In this document: piece by piece, positions 10,801 to 20,094 of the stretch
How positions within the stretch are numbered: position 1 is the stretch's first letter
How the letters are laid out: every line of letters begins with the position of its first letter
Assembly (NCBI GenBank): GCA_044353195.1
Contig: JBILCJ010000001.1
Span: forward strand, 9,213-73,212
Source of the DNA: Bacteroidia bacterium
GTDB lineage: Bacteria; Bacteroidota; Bacteroidia; B-17B0; Aurantibacillaceae
Length of the DNA stretch: 64,000 nt
Direction: 5' to 3'
Notes under the pieces: generated by a model
The model's input: only the letters and a program-made list of their open reading frames with translations
Told to the model about the DNA's origin: nothing
The model's database searches: none
Program-made: the position numbers and the translations under genes

Positions 10801-11580
10801 ATCGAATTATCCATTGCAGAAACAGCTACTCAAATTGGGTTAGTAACAGATAGTATCGCCACTAAAGTGAAGGAACTGAGTGGGCAAAAAGATAAAATTC
10901 AACACATCATTACTCTTATTGCAGAAGACTTTAAAAAAGCTGAATTCGAGCAATCTAAACTTATTGAATTTATTAAAATTCGATTAGAGGAATCGGATAA
11001 TAAAGTCTATAAATTATTGAAACGTATTCAAGAATTTAGAGAAGAAAATGGATTAGTGTATAACGAAGGTTTATTTAATACTGATTTTGCGACTCATAAA
11101 AATCGTGAAATTAGTAACAGAGCTGTTAAATTATTAGATCAATTAAGAACTGCAATTAAAGAACAAGAACAAGAAGAAATTCGTTTGCAAGATCTGTTTG
11201 AATTGAAATTTAATATCAAAGAAGGTTTAAACGAAACAGGTTGGACTCATAAAATTGATAGTATTGGAAGTACTGGAACAGACGTGCTAGTAAAAGCGAT
11301 TATTTATATCACACTATTACACGTATTTATAAAAGAATCATCTCACCGAAGTAGTTCTGATTTTAGAGTTCATTGTATAATTGATGAAGTTGGACAAATT
11401 TCAGCTCATTATTTACGAGAATTATTACGCTTTGCAAAAGATAGAAATATTATGATGATTAATGGTTTACCAAATAAATCTGGCTTAGAGGCACATTATA
11501 AATATACCTACCAATTCCGTAGAGAAGAAAACAATAATGTGCGAATCTTCCCAAGTATTGTAACAGAAGTTGAAGCCTAA
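7897..11580 (+). CDS. SMC/MukB/JetC-like split-head ABC ATPase with long coiled coils
   Basis: Walker A is GTNNFGKTS (nt 7993-8019). About 900 aa of K/E/L-rich heptad-like sequence is interrupted by a non-coiled segment at aa ~539-601 (nt ~9511-9700). Walker B/D-loop is HCIIDEVGQ (nt 11371-11397). Confidence 0.8.
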   Translation: MDNCRILNRIVQINIANVKYTDLELSGNTCFVGTNNFGKTSLQRAILFFYSANTRGLGISPSQKPFDEHYFKFENSYLIYEIRTEDKPFFVIVYRHNKLVFRFVDAEYSPDFFFNENDEALKIKEVISGFDKRGVFYSGQIDTFERYRNILYGTETDKSLTKFHLLKGNEKYQNIPKSITNVFLSSKSSIDSRFIKDFIANSLSTENSSIKLEQVDRQLRQFNEKYSDIETYLKKETQQLIEFIDKKYDQVHMLKGAQMEMADKLGSSLRYAETQNETVIKASQAKQEELDKITEAHDDQKIALEEKQKDVREEIGYYDRTIREANKKLKEYKEKNIDEAVGKNAERDKLQVEYNIARREYESLTSNVQSIEMKYASLVEQLRNDKTAYVNKINSKTSEIFNHYNELQLLQKNEYSKKDVELKQKREEALTEINADITTKQIEFNELKAEEKVIRNTRFYETEIKAQETELADLRAINYKNKSELAIKNNLVQSNQKEWENLELRLKTSLNNQIQITNNEIIRVKTEIKAIEEKLNVQHDALYGYLEKNVKDWHTTIGKVVNEELLFRTDLNPSKVDDKGLSMYGISLKLDDVKVVSKTIEEYQFEKNERLAIIRDLEESLNQFQGTNTEEKMLAADKFGKQLGELKEDLKVLTYSLELAEKREKKLILELEDWKQRASKEVEESLTGNKQKVNLIEEELAILNKKKNNLLNDFNTQLDKLKAFNDERLADLKGRQETEISELEVEKKNQVKEYEEKETELSNEKETNFKAKGVDSKEIKRIDAKIKELQDALKEIDQYSQVVSDYLKDKREIFDKLPDLIQKKEEYVKTANDLTNELEEISRKFNIKRMELNKQKRAFEEELIEFNNGINYFTKNFRETPVFNKYADIIDRAEPKKTNYSVMDLCTQLLKNDSHFNEEYTAFQRYVNEFSGKFRIDNHFNFIIRNDATQGEYERFAQNLRSFINENKIELSIAETATQIGLVTDSIATKVKELSGQKDKIQHIITLIAEDFKKAEFEQSKLIEFIKIRLEESDNKVYKLLKRIQEFREENGLVYNEGLFNTDFATHKNREISNRAVKLLDQLRTAIKEQEQEEIRLQDLFELKFNIKEGLNETGWTHKIDSIGSTGTDVLVKAIIYITLLHVFIKESSHRSSSDFRVHCIIDEVGQISAHYLRELLRFAKDRNIMMINGLPNKSGLEAHYKYTYQFRREENNNVRIFPSIVTEVEA

Positions 11581-11599
11581 AAATAAATTCAAAGAAAAT

Positions 11600-11630
11600 A
11601 AAAAGGGATTGCATCGCAATCCCTTTTTTT
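11600..11630. terminator. Bidirectional intrinsic terminator closing the SMC-like operon
   Basis: Stem AAAAAGGGATTGC/GCAATCCCTTTTT with loop ATC, then a T-run. An A-run upstream serves the convergent minus-strand gene. Confidence 0.85.
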
Positions 11631-11654
11631 ATAACTAATTTTTATTCGTTTAGA

Positions 11655-12107
11655 TTATTTATTTAATTTTCCTAAACGTGTCGTTGTTTTCACTGTTGTT
11701 ACTTTATAAATAAAACCTAATCCAATTGGACGTTTAACGGTAGTTTCAAATTGAGGATAAAATGCAACATCATATCCTTTGTTTTTTTCCATCACATCAT
11801 ATAAGGCATATCCAGCTACAGGATTAACAATAAATCCACCAATCACTGGAATACTTGCAACATTGATAGGTAAAGCAAGTAATCCTCCGTCCTTCGCAAC
11901 GCCACCATTTGTAACATGAAATAAACGATTCCAATCGATTCCTAAAATTTGTGTTGAAGTTGCTTCACCCGTAACTTGTTCAGATAAAGTAAAATCTTTT
12001 TTCTCTAAATTTACTCGAGTGTTCGGCTCGCGCATTGATTTGTTAATACTTGTGCAGTTTGTTAAAAATAATACTGCTGTTGAGCATACTAAAATTAATT
12101 TTTTCAT
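11655..12107 (-). CDS. Lipoprotein of unknown function
   Basis: Signal peptide with lipobox (MKKLILVCSTAVLFLTNC). 150 aa with a Gly-rich beta-type sequence. Confidence 0.6.
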   Translation of the reverse strand: MKKLILVCSTAVLFLTNCTSINKSMREPNTRVNLEKKDFTLSEQVTGEATSTQILGIDWNRLFHVTNGGVAKDGGLLALPINVASIPVIGGFIVNPVAGYALYDVMEKNKGYDVAFYPQFETTVKRPIGLGFIYKVTTVKTTTRLGKLNK

Positions 12108-12490
12108 GATTTGTTTTTTTAAGGTTTGTTTTTAAATGTTAAAATTATGGATCAAATGTACATTCTTTTTTTATTTTAACAAATAAAAAAGACAAAATAA
12201 TTACGATTAATGTCATTTTTATGTAGATTAAATAGCTTTAATTGAAGATAAAGTATATTTTGATGTAAGTTTAACTTTCTGAAAACTAACGAATTTCAAA
12301 TAAAAATAACATGGTTTTTTATGTTGTTTTTAAGTATAAATTGAATGATGTTTTTTTTAGATTCAAAGAATGAGATTAGTTGAAATAATGGTAGGAGTAT
12401 AGAAAGAAACTGTATTTTTGAATAAATAAATGATTTTAAAAAAATATTCGATTTTAAAATCTTATTTATTTTTTATAATTAAATGAAATT

Positions 12491-12895
12491 ATGATAAAAA
12501 AAATCGAACATATTGGTATTGCTGTTAAAGATATCCATAACTCCAATGAGCTATTTAAAAAATTATTTGGGCAAGATCATTATAAAATGGAAGTTGTAGA
12601 AAGTGAAGGAGTCAGCACTAGTTTTTTTATGTTAGGCGAAACGAAAATCGAATTATTAGAAGCTAAAACTGAAACCAGTGCCATTGCCAAGTTTATTGAG
12701 AAAAAAGGCGAAGGCATTCATCACATCGCTTATGAAGTCGACGATATTTATAATGAAATGGCGCGTTTAAAACTTGAAGGATTCGAAGTTTTAAATCAAG
12801 AACCAAAAAAAGGCGCAGATAATAAGTTAATATTTTTCCTTCATCCAAAAAGCACAAACGGTGTTTTAGTGGAATTGTGCCAAGAAATAAAATAA
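12491..12895 (+). CDS. mce: Methylmalonyl-CoA epimerase (VOC/glyoxalase family)
   Basis: 134 aa. IEHIGIAV, GEGIHHIAYEV and GVLVELCQ blocks are typical of the family. Confidence 0.85.
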   Translation: MIKKIEHIGIAVKDIHNSNELFKKLFGQDHYKMEVVESEGVSTSFFMLGETKIELLEAKTETSAIAKFIEKKGEGIHHIAYEVDDIYNEMARLKLEGFEVLNQEPKKGADNKLIFFLHPKSTNGVLVELCQEIK

Positions 12896-12904
12896 TTTTA
12901 TTAA

Positions 12905-13750
12905 TTAACTTAAAATTAAACACCAAGCTTCAAAAGCCTTGTTTGCATCAAGTAAGGCTTTTAAATAAGTATGCTTTTCTTGCCCGGTTTTAAATGATGT
13001 CGTATTTTCTGTTTTAAAATGCAGTACTTCCTCTGTTGTTGGAAGTTTTTCGATATTACCTAACTGACCTAAATTATTCCCAGTTAATACATTACTATTT
13101 CTAAATTCTGATGGTATCGTATCAACACCAACGCCGATGGTTGTTATTGGTTTTTCAATTTCAAATAACGCATCGCCATGAGCGCGGCAGTACCAATTTC
13201 CACCCATGCGAGCAACTAAATCTATTTTTTGTTGATCAATTAATTGGTTAGTGCCTAATACAGTTTCGTTAATGTGAATTTTAATAATTTCACACATCAC
13301 TAAATTGCAATTGCCAATTTCTTTTACTTCAAAAACCTTGCATTCGAGTTGCACTGGACTTTCTGCTACACGCATTGGTTTTATTAAATCTGATGCAACA
13401 GCTGTAAAACCTGCTTTGGTAAATTCACTCACGCCTTTTTCGAAAGGGCTACTAGCTAAGCTCATTTGTTGAACCATATCATACGTTACAACATTGATCA
13501 CACATTCAGGCACTTCTTTGATATTTAAATGTGTGTCTTTTGCTTGCCCTGTTCTTCCGCTTAGATTTGGAGAAAAAATGGCGATAGGCGGCTTTGCCGA
13601 AAACACATTAAAAAAACTAAATGGCGCTAAATTATGATTGCCTTTTGCATCAATAGTGCTCGCGAAACAAATGGGGCGAGGTCCAACAGCGCCTAATAAA
13701 TATTGATGTAATTGTGGAACAGATAATTCGGATGGAATTAGTGAAAGCAT
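12905..13750 (-). CDS. Flavin reductase-like FMN-binding domain protein
   Basis: GPRPICFASTID..GNHNLAPFSFFNVFSAKPP matches the flavin reductase domain core. There is an extra C-terminal extension of about 80 aa. Confidence 0.75.
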   Translation of the reverse strand: MLSLIPSELSVPQLHQYLLGAVGPRPICFASTIDAKGNHNLAPFSFFNVFSAKPPIAIFSPNLSGRTGQAKDTHLNIKEVPECVINVVTYDMVQQMSLASSPFEKGVSEFTKAGFTAVASDLIKPMRVAESPVQLECKVFEVKEIGNCNLVMCEIIKIHINETVLGTNQLIDQQKIDLVARMGGNWYCRAHGDALFEIEKPITTIGVGVDTIPSEFRNSNVLTGNNLGQLGNIEKLPTTEEVLHFKTENTTSFKTGQEKHTYLKALLDANKAFEAWCLILS

Positions 13751-13896
13751 ATTATGGAATTAGATTAAAGTTAAATTTTACACTTCAAGTATAAGAATTT
13801 TATCCTAAAATTCAATCTGTTAAATGTGAACGCTAAGATTGCTTTTTCTTAATTTTTTTATTTATTTTTCAGTACTTTTAAAAGATATTAAATTTC

Positions 13897-16365
13897 ATGC
13901 AACGTCATACTTATTTATATTTTACTTTATTTTTTATTCTTATTTCCTTGGGCATTGATGCGCAAGTTTATACCCTATCGGGTAAGGTATTCGAATCAGA
14001 AACGAAAGAACCGCTTCCTTTTGTCCCAGTAATGTTGAAAGGAACTACGATTGGTGCTACAACTGACTTTGATGGCAATTATTCTATTACAACATCTAAA
14101 TTAAGTGATTCTCTCATTTGTTCTTATGTTGGTTTCAAAAGGATGACGCGACCAATTAAAAGAGGTCAAACTCAACTAGTTAATTTTCCTTTAGTAGCCG
14201 AAGGTTATAATTTAGGAGAGGTTGTCATTAATCCAGGAGAAAATCCAGCACATCGAATTATTAGAAATGTGATAGCTAATAAGCCATTTAATAACAAAAG
14301 AAAATTAGAGGCGTATCAATATGAAAGTTATAATAAAGTTGAATTTGATTTAAGTAGAATTCCAAAAGAAATGCGAGAAAAAAAAATTTTCAAGCCTATT
14401 CAATTTGTTTTCGACAATGTTGATAGTATAAATTCAGGAGAAAAACCATCCCTACCAATTTTTATTACCGAATCACTTTCTGAATTGTATTATAGAAGTA
14501 ATCCAAGTTTAAGAAAAGAAATTATCAAAGCAAGTAAGGTTACTGGGATTGAAAACACAAGTATTTCTGCTATTATGGGTGATATGTATCAGAATATTAA
14601 TATTTATGATAATAATACCTTGGTATTTGGTAAAGATTTTGCAAGTCCTATTTCAGACAATGGACTGTTTTATTATAAATATTACTTAGAAGATAGTGTT
14701 TATATTGGAAACACTAGGTGTTATCACATTCGATTTAAATCAAAACGTCCTCAAGAGTTATGTTTTAGTGGAAATATGTGGATATCTGATTCTACATGGG
14801 CTGTTAAACGTTTAGAAATGAGCATTCCAAAAGGTGCGAATATTAATTTTATAAATAATGCTAATATTATCCAAGAGTTTACAAGAATAGATAGTACTTG
14901 GATGTTAAGTAAAGATAGATTAGTGATTGATTTTGCTATGAATGAAAAGCAAATAGGAGTCTATGGAAGAAAAACAACATCCTATAAAAATTTCACGATC
15001 AATCAACCCAAAGAAGTTAAATTCTATGAGTTTGGAGATAAAATTATTGTTGAAGATGATGCGTCAAAAAAAACAGATGAATTTTGGGACGCTAATAGGC
15101 ATGATAGTTTGTCAATCCGAGAAAAGAAAATTTACCACATGATTGATACCATAAAAACATTACCAATTTATCGCACGTGGGTTGATGTTCTTACTATTTT
15201 TATTTCTGGGTATAAAAAGGTAAATAATTTTGAGATTGGACCTTATTTTAATTTATTAAGTTACAATAGAATTGAAGGTCCGCGCATCAGATTTGGAGGA
15301 AGGACAAGTAGTAAATTTAGTCGATGGTATGAGTTAAATGGTTATTTGGCATATGGATTTAAAGATGAAAAATATAAATACGGAATAGGTTTTAAATCAT
15401 TTATCTCGAAAACTCCTCACCGTCAATTAGTCGGTATGAATTATAAAAGCGACTATGAAATTTTAGGACAAAGTCAGAATGGATTTTCTCAAGATAATTT
15501 ATTTGCTTCGTTGTTCAGAACAAGTCCATTAACTAATTTAACGCGTGTGGATAATACCGAAGCTTGGTATCAAAGAGAATGGATGGAGGGATTATCATCC
15601 AAGGTTTCTTTGGTTGGTCGTACTATTACGCCATTGATATTAAATGCATACCAATATTATAAAAGGGATGGAAGTATCGCCTCTAAAGAAAACATAAGAA
15701 ATACTGAAGCTCGATTGAATGTTCGTTTTGCCTATAAAGAAAAGTTTTTGAATGGAGATTTTTCTCGAATTAGCTTAGGAACGAAATGGCCTGTTATCCA
15801 GTTAAATTATGCTAAATCACTTCAAAATGCATTTCAAGGTGAATATGATTATCAAAAAGTTACCTTAAATTTGAGTGATCGTGTGCGGTTAGTTTCGTTA
15901 TTAGGATATACTGATTATACATTAGAAGCTGGACAAATATTTGGAACTCTGCCGTACCCTTTAATGGAATTACATGGTGGTAACGAAACATATGTTTATG
16001 ATTATATGGCTTACAATATGATGAAATATTATGAATTTGCAAGTGATAGATATGCCTCGATTGGCGTTTTTCATCATTTTGAAGGATTGTTATTTAATAA
16101 AATTCCTTTAGTTAAAAAATTAAAGTGGAGAGAAGTTGTTACATGTAAAGCATTGTGGGGAAGTGTCAATGAAAAAAACAAAAAAACAATATTATTTCCA
16201 AGTACGTTAAGTGCTTTAGGAAATGAGCCATACGTAGAGGTAAGTGCAGGTATTGAAAATATTTTTAAATTATTTAGGGTGGATGCCTTATGGCGTTCAA
16301 CTTATTTGAAACCTCGAGCAATTGATAATTTTGGAGTTAAAGTTGGCTTTCAACTCGCGTTTTAA
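13897..16365 (+). CDS. DUF5686 / carboxypeptidase-regulatory-like domain protein (putative outer-membrane protein)
   Basis: Signal peptide, then a CarboxypepD_reg-like N-terminus ([40 protein letters not shown]). 822 aa, aromatic-rich, with the terminal residue F as in beta-barrels. Confidence 0.75.
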   Translation: MQRHTYLYFTLFFILISLGIDAQVYTLSGKVFESETKEPLPFVPVMLKGTTIGATTDFDGNYSITTSKLSDSLICSYVGFKRMTRPIKRGQTQLVNFPLVAEGYNLGEVVINPGENPAHRIIRNVIANKPFNNKRKLEAYQYESYNKVEFDLSRIPKEMREKKIFKPIQFVFDNVDSINSGEKPSLPIFITESLSELYYRSNPSLRKEIIKASKVTGIENTSISAIMGDMYQNINIYDNNTLVFGKDFASPISDNGLFYYKYYLEDSVYIGNTRCYHIRFKSKRPQELCFSGNMWISDSTWAVKRLEMSIPKGANINFINNANIIQEFTRIDSTWMLSKDRLVIDFAMNEKQIGVYGRKTTSYKNFTINQPKEVKFYEFGDKIIVEDDASKKTDEFWDANRHDSLSIREKKIYHMIDTIKTLPIYRTWVDVLTIFISGYKKVNNFEIGPYFNLLSYNRIEGPRIRFGGRTSSKFSRWYELNGYLAYGFKDEKYKYGIGFKSFISKTPHRQLVGMNYKSDYEILGQSQNGFSQDNLFASLFRTSPLTNLTRVDNTEAWYQREWMEGLSSKVSLVGRTITPLILNAYQYYKRDGSIASKENIRNTEARLNVRFAYKEKFLNGDFSRISLGTKWPVIQLNYAKSLQNAFQGEYDYQKVTLNLSDRVRLVSLLGYTDYTLEAGQIFGTLPYPLMELHGGNETYVYDYMAYNMMKYYEFASDRYASIGVFHHFEGLLFNKIPLVKKLKWREVVTCKALWGSVNEKNKKTILFPSTLSALGNEPYVEVSAGIENIFKLFRVDALWRSTYLKPRAIDNFGVKVGFQLAF

Positions 16366-16367
16366 AG

Positions 16368-17093
16368 ATGATATTAAGATCTGAAAATTTAATTAAAAAA
16401 TATAAGAATAGAACCGTTGCAAACAACGTCAGTGTTCAAGTACAGCAAGGTGAAATTGTCGGTTTACTTGGACCAAATGGTGCTGGAAAAACAACATCAT
16501 TTTATATGATAGTTGGAATGGTAGAACCAAATGCAGGAAAAATATTTTTAGACGATCGAGATATTACAAATGAACCAATGTATAAACGCGCTCAGCTTGG
16601 CGTTGGTTATTTGCCTCAAGAAGCTTCCGTATTTAGAAAATTAAGTATTGAAGATAATTTGCGGGCTGTTTTAGAAATGACAAAGCTCACAAAAAAAGAA
16701 CAAGAATTAAAAGTTGAAAGTTTATTAGACGAATTTGCTTTGCACCATGTTCGTAAAAATTTAGGTGATCAACTTTCAGGTGGCGAACGCCGTAGGACTG
16801 AAATTGCTAGGGCTTTAGCAACTGATCCCAAATTTATTTTATTAGACGAACCCTTTGCTGGTGTAGATCCAATTGCAGTTGAAGATATTCAAAGTGTAAT
16901 TAGAAAATTGAAAGATAAAAATATTGGCATCTTAATAACGGATCATAACGTGCATGAAACGTTAAACATTACAGATAGAACCTATTTACTTTATGCTGGA
17001 GAGGTAATTAAATCAGGGTCTGCCGAAGACTTAGCAAATGATGAAATGGTAAGAAGAGTTTATTTAGGAAGTAATTTTGAATTGAGAAAATAA
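16368..17093 (+). CDS. lptB: LPS export ABC transporter ATP-binding protein
   Basis: GPNGAGKTT Walker A, LSGGERRR signature and [12 protein letters not shown] Walker B. 241 aa. Confidence 0.9.
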   Translation: MILRSENLIKKYKNRTVANNVSVQVQQGEIVGLLGPNGAGKTTSFYMIVGMVEPNAGKIFLDDRDITNEPMYKRAQLGVGYLPQEASVFRKLSIEDNLRAVLEMTKLTKKEQELKVESLLDEFALHHVRKNLGDQLSGGERRRTEIARALATDPKFILLDEPFAGVDPIAVEDIQSVIRKLKDKNIGILITDHNVHETLNITDRTYLLYAGEVIKSGSAEDLANDEMVRRVYLGSNFELRK

Positions 17094-17096
17094 TAA

Positions 17097-18962
17097 GTGA
17101 GCCAAGCAAATCATAAATCATTAGATGAAGTCAATGCTTCAGTAAACACGTCTAATCGAGGTGGATTTAAAAAACTATTAGCTTTTATTGGACCTGCTTA
17201 TATGATTAGTGTGGGCTACATGGATCCAGGTAATTGGGCTACCGACATTGAAGGTGGAAGCAAGTTTGGTTACAGTTTAATTTGGGTTTTAGTGATGAGT
17301 AATATTATTGCTTTATTATTACAAAGTCATTGTATACGTTTAGGAATTGTTGCAGGTAAAGATTTAGCACAAGCTTCTAAAAATCATTATTCTAAATTCA
17401 TCAATATTTTTCTCTACATCCTTGCCGAAATTGCTATTGCCGCTTGCGATTTGGCTGAAGTGATTGGTATGGCTATTGGTATTCATTTATTATTTCCTTC
17501 TATTAGTATACTTGGTGGAGTTTGTATTACAGTGCTTGATAGTTTTGTTTTACTGTTTTTATTGAATGCAGGAATTAGAAAATTAGAAGCGTTTATTATT
17601 TCATTGGTTGCAATTATAGGCGTTTCATTTTTTATTCAATTAGTAATAGCCAAACCTGATATGATTGAAATATCAAAAGGATTGATACCTGGATTTACTA
17701 ATGAAAATGCCTTGTATATTGCCATTGGAATAATCGGTGCAACTGTTATGCCACATAATTTATATTTACACTCTTCTTTGGTGCAAACTCGAAAGTTCGA
17801 AAGAACGCCTATTGAAATAAGAAAGGCAATCAAATTTAATTTAATAGATAGTGCCGTTGCATTAAACTTAGCACTGTTTGTAAATGCAGCCATTCTAATT
17901 ATTGCGGCTTCAACTTTTTTTAATACAGGTATAGCGGTTACTGAAATTCAAGATGCTCATAAAATGATGGCGCCCTTGTTAGGAAGTACCTTAGCTCCAT
18001 TATTATTTGCTGTGGCGTTAATTGCTGCAGGGCAAAGCTCTACTATTACAGGCACTTTAGCTGGTCAAGTAATCATGGAAGGGTATTTAAATTTACGATT
18101 ACAGCCATGGATTAGAAGATTAGCAACCCGTTTAATAGCAATCGTACCAGCATTTTTAGTGATTTATTATTTAGGTGAAGAGAAGACAGGTGATCTATTA
18201 GTTATGAGCCAAGTTATATTAAGTTTGCAATTAGGCTTTGCTATTATTCCGTTAATACATTTTGTAAGTAATAAAAAAATGATGGGAGAGTTTGTTATTC
18301 CAATGTGGCAAAAAATAGCTTCATGGATTTCGGTATCTGTTATTGTATTTCTTAATTGTCAAATGTTATTTCAAAAAACCAAGGAATGGATTGAGAACTC
18401 TTCTTACTCTGGATTAATTTCTATTACAGTAATTCCACTGATGTTATTTTGTTTTGCTATTTTATTATATATCGTTTTCGAACCAATTTTTAAAAATAAA
18501 GAACGTATAGAAAAAAATAATTTTCATGGTGAAATTCAAAAAATAATTTTTGATGAGGCTAAAACTTATTCAAAAATATCAATTGCTGTTGATTTTAGCT
18601 CGAGTGATAATAAGGCCATTAATAAAGCCATTCAACTTGGAGGTAAAGAAACAACCTACATTTTAATTCATGTTTTAGAAAGTGCAAGCGCTGTCATGTA
18701 TGGAGAGGATACAAATGACGATGAACGTAATCAAGATACCCAACATTTAGTGGCCTATAAAAATCAGCTAAATGAAAAAGGTTTTGAGTGTGAATTTAAA
18801 TTAGGTTTTGGTAATCCAAAATCAGTTATTCCTAAGTTGGTTTCAGACACTGATTTACTAGTTATGGGTACACATGGCCATACTGCTCTAAAAGACATAC
18901 TATTTGGAACAACGGTTGAACGCGTTAGACATAACATTTCAATACCTTTAGTGTTAGTATAA
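17097..18962 (+). CDS. mntH: Nramp-family divalent metal transporter fused to a C-terminal universal stress protein domain
   Basis: GTG start. GPAYMISVGYMDPGNWATDIEGG and ATVMPHNLYLHS are Nramp motifs. The C-terminal ~130 aa (nt ~18570-18959) is USP-like (IAVDFS..., LLVMGTHGHT). Confidence 0.85.
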   Translation: MSQANHKSLDEVNASVNTSNRGGFKKLLAFIGPAYMISVGYMDPGNWATDIEGGSKFGYSLIWVLVMSNIIALLLQSHCIRLGIVAGKDLAQASKNHYSKFINIFLYILAEIAIAACDLAEVIGMAIGIHLLFPSISILGGVCITVLDSFVLLFLLNAGIRKLEAFIISLVAIIGVSFFIQLVIAKPDMIEISKGLIPGFTNENALYIAIGIIGATVMPHNLYLHSSLVQTRKFERTPIEIRKAIKFNLIDSAVALNLALFVNAAILIIAASTFFNTGIAVTEIQDAHKMMAPLLGSTLAPLLFAVALIAAGQSSTITGTLAGQVIMEGYLNLRLQPWIRRLATRLIAIVPAFLVIYYLGEEKTGDLLVMSQVILSLQLGFAIIPLIHFVSNKKMMGEFVIPMWQKIASWISVSVIVFLNCQMLFQKTKEWIENSSYSGLISITVIPLMLFCFAILLYIVFEPIFKNKERIEKNNFHGEIQKIIFDEAKTYSKISIAVDFSSSDNKAINKAIQLGGKETTYILIHVLESASAVMYGEDTNDDERNQDTQHLVAYKNQLNEKGFECEFKLGFGNPKSVIPKLVSDTDLLVMGTHGHTALKDILFGTTVERVRHNISIPLVLV

Positions 18963-19002
18963 TCACTTATGATTTGAACGTGTTAAAGATTTTACACGCT
19001 TT

Positions 19003-20091
19003 CTAATCAGAAATATTTTCAGTTATTTTTTTAAAAAACTTTAAGTGTGAGAAAAATTCTTTAGCAATAATTCTAATTAGTGTATAAGTTGGAATGGCTA
19101 TTACCATACCCATTACACCTCCTAAAACTGATGCCATTAAAACAACTAAAAATAGTTCAAGTGGATGCGCTTTTACTGAGTTTGCAAAAATTGTTGGTTG
19201 AACAATTAAAGCGTCGATTATGTTTGTACTAATTAGTATGACAATTATTTTTAAAATGGTAGATGATATTAATTCGTATTGATTATACTCAATACAACCA
19301 CTAATCCCTAATAACATTGCAAAACCTAGTGTAATGATTGGTCCAATATATGGAATAACGTTCATGATTCCTGCTAAGCAACCAATGACTAAGGCATTTT
19401 TTATTCCGAAAATCCACATGAAAATGGTTACGGTTAGACTTACAAAAGCAATATCTATAAATAGTCCAATAAAATAATGACTCAACATTTTTTTTGATGT
19501 TTTAAGAATATCATGCATTTCTTTTTCAAAAGCGGATGGGGTAATGAGTAGGAGTGATTTAACAACTAATTTCTCGTCTTTAAGAAAAAAGAAGGTAATA
19601 AATAGAATAGAAAATAGTCCACCAAGAATTGTTGCAGTATAGGACAATGTGTTGTTTAATACAAAGGATATATTTTCGAAATTTAAAAATTTACCAATTT
19701 GTAAACTTATGCCATTGAGTATTTGTTCTTCGCTACCAAGATACACCATGTATTTATTAAGATCTGGATAATAATGGGTGATGTTATGAAGCACATCTTT
19801 CAAGTTTGAATCTGATAAAAAACTAACTTGTGAAATAAGCGGCGGTAAAAATGTAATTGCACCAATATAAAGTAAACTAAAAAAAAGACAAAGTGTAAGA
19901 ATGGCCGCAATACTGGTATTAACTTTTAAATTTCCGATTTTTATTTTTGTAATCAGATTCATGATTGGCATACCAAGTAGTGCTAGTATGGATGAAATGA
20001 CTAAGTAAATAAATACATTTGTAAAAACAAAAATAAATCCGATTGCGACTAAAACTGTTAAGATTGGTATTACATATTTTTTTATTTCCAT
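19003..20091 (-). CDS. AI-2E family transporter (PerM-like permease)
   Basis: 362 aa polytopic membrane protein with the typical AI-2E layout, including NVIPYIGP. Confidence 0.8.
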   Translation of the reverse strand: MEIKKYVIPILTVLVAIGFIFVFTNVFIYLVISSILALLGMPIMNLITKIKIGNLKVNTSIAAILTLCLFFSLLYIGAITFLPPLISQVSFLSDSNLKDVLHNITHYYPDLNKYMVYLGSEEQILNGISLQIGKFLNFENISFVLNNTLSYTATILGGLFSILFITFFFLKDEKLVVKSLLLITPSAFEKEMHDILKTSKKMLSHYFIGLFIDIAFVSLTVTIFMWIFGIKNALVIGCLAGIMNVIPYIGPIITLGFAMLLGISGCIEYNQYELISSTILKIIVILISTNIIDALIVQPTIFANSVKAHPLELFLVVLMASVLGGVMGMVIAIPTYTLIRIIAKEFFSHLKFFKKITENISD

Positions 20092-20094
20092 TGG

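Noticed and set aside
11655-12107. Possible fourth gene (JetD/MksG-like nuclease) of the SMC-like operon
   Set aside because: It is on the opposite strand, separated by a strong terminator, only 150 aa, and has a lipoprotein signal peptide. It has no Toprim or nuclease-like motif.
12108-12490. Promoter call upstream of the epimerase gene (TATTTTTG at 12413-12420)
   Set aside because: The nearest upstream TTG is about 30 bp away, outside the usual spacing, and such AT-rich 8-mers arise by chance in this genome.
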